The position numbers and the translations under genes were made by a program. A DNA stretch of 64,000 nucleotides, taken from the IMG/VR virus record IMGVR_UViG_3300020349_000009. One strand, written 5' to 3'. This stretch comes from an uncultured virus (IMG/VR IMGVR_UViG_3300020349_000009) (Duplodnaviria; Heunggongvirae; Uroviricota; Caudoviricetes). Positions 61,301-64,000 of this stretch are shown here, piece after piece (the first letter of the stretch is position 1; each line of letters opens with the position of its first letter). Under the pieces are notes generated by a model. It was not told where the DNA came from and searched no databases. It saw only the letters and a program-made list of their open reading frames with translations.

Positions 61301-63077
61301 GCCTGACAACTACACTAAACTTAGGACTCTTATGGGTAAGATTAAAATACCTACTAATGACTATAAGAGCAAAATATATGTAGGAGAATTAGATGAGCTT
61401 CAAGACAACAGCAGATCTAAAGTAAACATAGGCGGCAAGATTGCTGCAAAATTAGCTCCTCGTATGGCAGAAGGTTTTTATAGCCCTTTAGAAAAAGCAG
61501 CATTGAATCTTACTCGTGAAAAAGGTACGGGTAATTCGTTCCTGCAAGATTTAAAAAAAGGCGACAAGGGCAGAGTAACTGACGAAGAATTACTTTTTAC
61601 AGGCGTACAAAACAAACTGAAAGGTTTGCCTAGTACAACAAAAGAAGAAGTTCAAAAAGTTGTTTCCGATAATAAAATTGAGTTAGATACTCTTAGAGGT
61701 AAAAGAGGATTGACGCTAGAAGAACAAGGTTTTGATGAGCTTTCTTTTAACGAAGCTGTTGAAGAACATGGTCTGTATGCTTTTGATGATAATTTTGTCC
61801 GTAGCACTTTAACTCCAGCACTGTTAAGAAAAGTTGAAGCTGGTATAATAGATCCTAATGATCCTAAATATGTTGAGCCATTAAAAAAAATGTATTTAGC
61901 TAAGATGACTAGAGTAGCTAAAAAAGACATAGGCGAAAAATCAGGGGGCAAGTATGCCTTTGCGGCTGAGTTTTCAGATTATACACTAGCTAGTCAAGCT
62001 GGCTATGAGCCTTCTAATTACAGAGTTATTGCACTGCGTACTCCAAAAGACACAGGCAACCCTATGTTAGATAATATTTCTCATGCAGAACCCGAGCATT
62101 TTGGCGCTGTTCTTGAAAACACTAATGAGTCAATTGATAATATCATAGCGCATATTAGGGTTACTGACGGTTTAAGTGGCGACAATTTTAATAAGACAAC
62201 TATGTTAATAGAGGAGATACAATCTGATTATCATAAGCAAGGCGGCAAACACGGGTATACTAAAATAGATAAGCCCCTTCCTTATAATAAAGAAGAAAAA
62301 GAAAAAATTTTTATGACAGAATCAATGAAATTTTACGATGGTTATTTAAAAGAAGTAAAAAAATACTATGATGACTTTGAAGAAGCAGACAAATTAGCTG
62401 AAGAATTTTCTGATGACGCTGCTGTTATAATACAAAATTTATTAGATGCTAAAGTACCTGCAAAAGAAATTAAAATGTTTTCTGATAAATTTCTTGAAGT
62501 TAAAAATAAAGAATTAAAACTCCAACAAGAATATGTCAAGGCAGTAACGGAGAAAAAACCATTAGCGGTTGCAACGGAATTTCAAGCAGAAATATATTCT
62601 TTAAACAAAAAATTTATAAAGGATTTAAATGAAGTAAGTCCAGAAGTACATAATATTTATTTAGACTATGAAGATGTTGCTGTTCGAGAGTCTTTAGATG
62701 CTGTTGTTGATGCTCCGTTTAAAAATAGCTGGCCTCGATTAACCCTAAGCAAAGCTCTTATTGAAGCTGTTGAACATGGAAACAAACGAATTGCTTTAAC
62801 TACAGGCAAGTCTCAAGCTGAAAGATATATAGATGAAATGGGGAATAAACAAGTAGGCTTAGGTGAAAAGTATGATACTAAGTTCTTAAAGCAGTTCAAG
62901 AAGCTTGGCAGTAAATACAATTCAAAAGTAAATGTAGAAGAAGTTGGCGTTGCTATAGACGGCAATGAAGTATTAGCAACTGAGCCTATGTATGTTATGG
63001 ATATAACGCCAGAGCTAGAAAATGCTGTGCGGCAAGGGTTACGGATGTTTTATGAAGGAGGTTTGATTGATGCCTAA
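55380..63077 (+). CDS. 2565-aa polyvalent virion protein: gp16-like N-terminal part, ADP-ribosyltransferase-like module, LysM and uncharacterised modules
   Basis: ENYIPRM; VFRG...GYLNIKNPL...GFDGIKY...YIAFDPQQFK; YTVESGDTLTSIA...NLIYVDQKIVLP (LysM); IEEIQSD. Confidence 0.7.
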   Translation: MVDSLAQRTLDLYAQREAGGEITPEDTLIQTQEEANNIQRLLKQPRDVTAFDQDPEVLKDFETVTDYFGNNQTFMSGLLDPASMFNDRPSEAMRDEFRISTLANRAMDMKDATPEVKEAYNRLREKWEGADIQGFDEWAGFVKDYGIDLIANFETIPMIAAAFYSGGTAPAAANATVRKALHSSLKKGATAASNNPFKFGAAYGGTFSGAADIAAQNLNMNLDNQEEFSYGQNALSTGLGAVLGGGINWGLSKVISKAATRRAERATDNNSVPLSQSRGLELFDEGIEGEWIPASGDEILDGVDQLLAGNRFAREVDLDDIDLGDFDEILDDFVADVGGGQATRDQLDEVVLGELKSGATGEVIKNNIAFALWKTSTELIGTMFGGKSSGILTSYVPYSKTAETLRQRLSFDFGIKATQKQDEVVGMDFAEVARRYTGIFRERYREALAPVGLDSVNGSIEDSVSGALNRAIRGQMSPDMTINTAAKNIQNMFKQIGEELHAAGVIDEKVENYIPRMWNGKAIKNNRDEFERLLVEEGEADSLIEARRIVDEMLDIKNQLDGGTTGHFFSSKRKFTDIKNEAKFTEFLEDDLLSVIETYNFQAGKSLAKVKVFKARNEEEFKEQWLNPIVAEMQKAGRTLSPADRKRIVNLYRLTTGENVERFGNSLQTGVDGYQLATRLAMLPLATVGSVTEILINLGKGGVLNTAKGFKEASEVAYKTITNDLHSELKNRHGLTTNEVWRELQSFGKAMDQSVGQIGNRLAGDDLIHEGMQEVSNKFFRLNLLDQWTKFVQISSYATGKNLIEDNLRAIAAHGSKARTGKIDSMLGELNELGIDYKAGVNWINSGAKKSDDYYKEFTRGASRYVDGVILQPTAMSNLKPTLYSNPKTTILFQLLGYPAAFTNTVLKGAAKSVMKDPKRNGAKVMGAALSMTAAARFMNWVRSRGESEAWHIDESEKNLRAIARWGGNGLFLDTFSRSKKEALYGQNPAGYLTMPFGPFAGEMLDIARGRPAEVLGNKVPLVGLGTTLFGQDAMRKYRKTLKNIDKGISDKYVPDFEYNVGKEMFSKGGEVEIARAASEPDERMNKVTGVPYNVEAGTAFMDELDEGRTERFGFNIGGKIGQKLSSKLAEEINVHTEGLFNSKAINNVADDINETVTLGGNLKGIQDAPATTDDFDTLSLQSMFTDEYDFDEYVDVVTKSVLEGNVSSNELLTELAEEIDPNYEMFGAINASLENLKIKKDNLLRPEFKDLNLGEEEELIEPLTKFVSKHISKMYSNTLSKEGAEKAAKQHIANLIVKADADDEMAGFIKETAEITPIDRNSDVAIAANKNLNVSKEEFIADSEVTVPVFRGVSSFNNHNYDIAYAFPREMGVHYGNQGQANYQALKEINFDSAVDNFALAATGRQRVSKKAMFDTFRKEMEKNKNLTNQGFEEDVPPVTILKGYLNIKNPLFINSDMGSWSVDNLLTKDYDLVENAIEDELGRELNDIEINLIDEMSFRAVALESKFILEASEDANSGGTNKVQNEIAMLLDHARLTKDFQSFLKGLGFDGIKYKNQVEPPFQGEEFYSYIAFDPQQFKNASAAKFDLNDPRDMYSEGGSVIARKLGIPDEALSWARSQRDRFPKSESYDGIGDAAAHLALGFITKNAKYPKAALFAANAREFVTLDHVGGKMDIHNNKLGSQIKARDFKQAEQVIDKLIADRKAVFMTPSESKARRGYSEGGQTSYTVESGDTLTSIARDAGTTIEAIMGVNDIKDANLIYVDQKIVLPTEKTFEENKVVSSLSSMREKQGRNNKAGKALNRLRKLRQDSGISSDTLKALKNIKERLVPKEKEPEEKSFIASIRQAANNQVVRNFADFFNPFQGDKTEADYNPSVIEALRFAAKSALNKGKFNIDYSDYNLQESNVRGQVAYPEQRERDNLQARMIRGDITPTEEAAFSVGGAQLAVEDGKVYVTDVYNFNNIGERISTALPDNYTKLRTLMGKIKIPTNDYKSKIYVGELDELQDNSRSKVNIGGKIAAKLAPRMAEGFYSPLEKAALNLTREKGTGNSFLQDLKKGDKGRVTDEELLFTGVQNKLKGLPSTTKEEVQKVVSDNKIELDTLRGKRGLTLEEQGFDELSFNEAVEEHGLYAFDDNFVRSTLTPALLRKVEAGIIDPNDPKYVEPLKKMYLAKMTRVAKKDIGEKSGGKYAFAAEFSDYTLASQAGYEPSNYRVIALRTPKDTGNPMLDNISHAEPEHFGAVLENTNESIDNIIAHIRVTDGLSGDNFNKTTMLIEEIQSDYHKQGGKHGYTKIDKPLPYNKEEKEKIFMTESMKFYDGYLKEVKKYYDDFEEADKLAEEFSDDAAVIIQNLLDAKVPAKEIKMFSDKFLEVKNKELKLQQEYVKAVTEKKPLAVATEFQAEIYSLNKKFIKDLNEVSPEVHNIYLDYEDVAVRESLDAVVDAPFKNSWPRLTLSKALIEAVEHGNKRIALTTGKSQAERYIDEMGNKQVGLGEKYDTKFLKQFKKLGSKYNSKVNVEEVGVAIDGNEVLATEPMYVMDITPELENAVRQGLRMFYEGGLIDA

Positions 63078-63420
63078 GTTTAAATATTTTAGCATAGACG
63101 AGTTTAATTGTCAAGAGACAGGAGAAAATAATATAAGTGAAGAGTTTATACACAGGCTTGACGAGCTTAGGGAGGCGTGTGGGTTTTCGTTCACTGTTAC
63201 TTCTGGCTATCGTAGTCCTAATCATAGCATTGAAAAGCGCAAGTCTAAAGCAGGCACTCATGCTCAAGGCATTGCCGCAGACATCAGAGTCTCTGGCGGT
63301 GGTCAGCGAAGAACAATAATTGAAGAGGCTTTGAAGCTAGGCTTTAATGGTATAGGAGTAGCTAAGTCTTTTGTTCATGTAGACATTAGAGAAACTACTC
63401 CTGTAATATGGTGCTATTAA
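63070..63420 (+). CDS. Peptidase M15A-family endolysin
   Basis: TSGYRS..H, H..G.AADI, GIG....FVHVD. Confidence 0.88.
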   Translation: MPKFKYFSIDEFNCQETGENNISEEFIHRLDELREACGFSFTVTSGYRSPNHSIEKRKSKAGTHAQGIAADIRVSGGGQRRTIIEEALKLGFNGIGVAKSFVHVDIRETTPVIWCY

Positions 63421-63421
63421 T

Positions 63422-63799
63422 ATGTTTAATTTTACATCACTGATTGCTCCAGTTGCAAACTTAGTAGGTTCGCATTTAAATAACAAGAAAGAAGAAAAGC
63501 AAGCTAAGCACAAAGCTAAACTAGCTGTCATAGAAAACAACGCTGATTGGGAATCTAAGATGGCTGATGCGTCTGCTAACTCTTGGAAGGACGAGTTCTG
63601 GACTATTGTGCTTTCTGTGCCTATCTTTATGATTGGCTATGCAATAGCGGCTAATGACGTTGCTGTAATCGAAAGAGTTACTTTAGCTTTTGCAGCTTTA
63701 AATGACTTGCCTGAATGGTATCAGTATCTTTTATTCATAGCTATCTCTAGTAGCTTTGGAATAAGAGGCGCTAAAAGTTTAATGAATATGAGGAAATAA
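63422..63799 (+). CDS. Holin (3TM/GTA-holin-like)
   Basis: SWKDEFW, hydrophobic helices, LPEWY, SFGIR; next to the endolysin. Confidence 0.75.
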   Translation: MFNFTSLIAPVANLVGSHLNNKKEEKQAKHKAKLAVIENNADWESKMADASANSWKDEFWTIVLSVPIFMIGYAIAANDVAVIERVTLAFAALNDLPEWYQYLLFIAISSSFGIRGAKSLMNMRK

Positions 63800-63802
63800 T
63801 AT

Positions 63803-64000
63803 ATGGATATGGAAAATGTTCCTATGGTTAGATTAACTTGGGAAGATGCTCAAGACTCTGATGGAGCTTGGACAGACATTGAAGATATTTTAAAACACGA
63901 ATGCGCTATATGCCAAGAAGTTGGTTGGCTTGTATATAACAGCGATGATAAAGTAATAGTAATGAGATCTAGGATAGTAGCTGAAGAGCTAGAAGAAGGT
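63803..64000 (+). CDS. 5' part of a hypothetical protein (V.LTWEDA...C..VGWL)
   Basis: GAGG RBS; frame open to the window edge. Confidence 0.6.
   Translation, partial: MDMENVPMVRLTWEDAQDSDGAWTDIEDILKHECAICQEVGWLVYNSDDKVIVMRSRIVAEELEEG

Noticed and set aside
2061..63540. Many short antisense or alternate-frame ORFs in the track (e.g. 2633..2887, 20334..20744, 59048..59419)
   Set aside because: Shadows of long, well-supported genes, with no motifs or RBS support

Overview
The whole window is bacteriophage DNA, probably from a marine podovirus-type phage. I saw no host genes, tRNA, rRNA, CRISPR array, integrase or single-subunit RNA polymerase. Two arms diverge from a repeat-rich control region at about 32.4-33.0 kb that carries back-to-back consensus sigma70 promoters. 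The minus arm runs from small early genes through SSB, primase-helicase, family A DNA polymerase, nucleases and a class II ribonucleotide reductase. It then continues into a full T7-like virion module: portal, scaffold, major capsid, tail tube A/B, gp13-gp16-like proteins and a gp17-like fibre (16.5 kb to 95). The plus arm encodes terS, terL and a second, distinct podovirus virion module: portal, scaffold, a different major capsid protein, adaptor, nozzle, fibre, ejection proteins and a 2565-aa polyvalent protein, followed by an M15 endolysin and a holin. The headline observation is two virion morphogenesis modules around one replication module. This could be a genuine dual-virion or recombinant phage, or an assembly chimera joined at or near the RNR gene; the sequence alone cannot decide. 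Secondary signals include a recurring R-x-x-[FY]-x-x-G-G motif that punctuates the plus-arm virion proteins, repeats shared by the two fibres, a repeated motif around the second scaffold start, a stop/RBS/start repeat between early genes, and several long hairpins. All product calls come from motif recognition and gene order, not from database searches.
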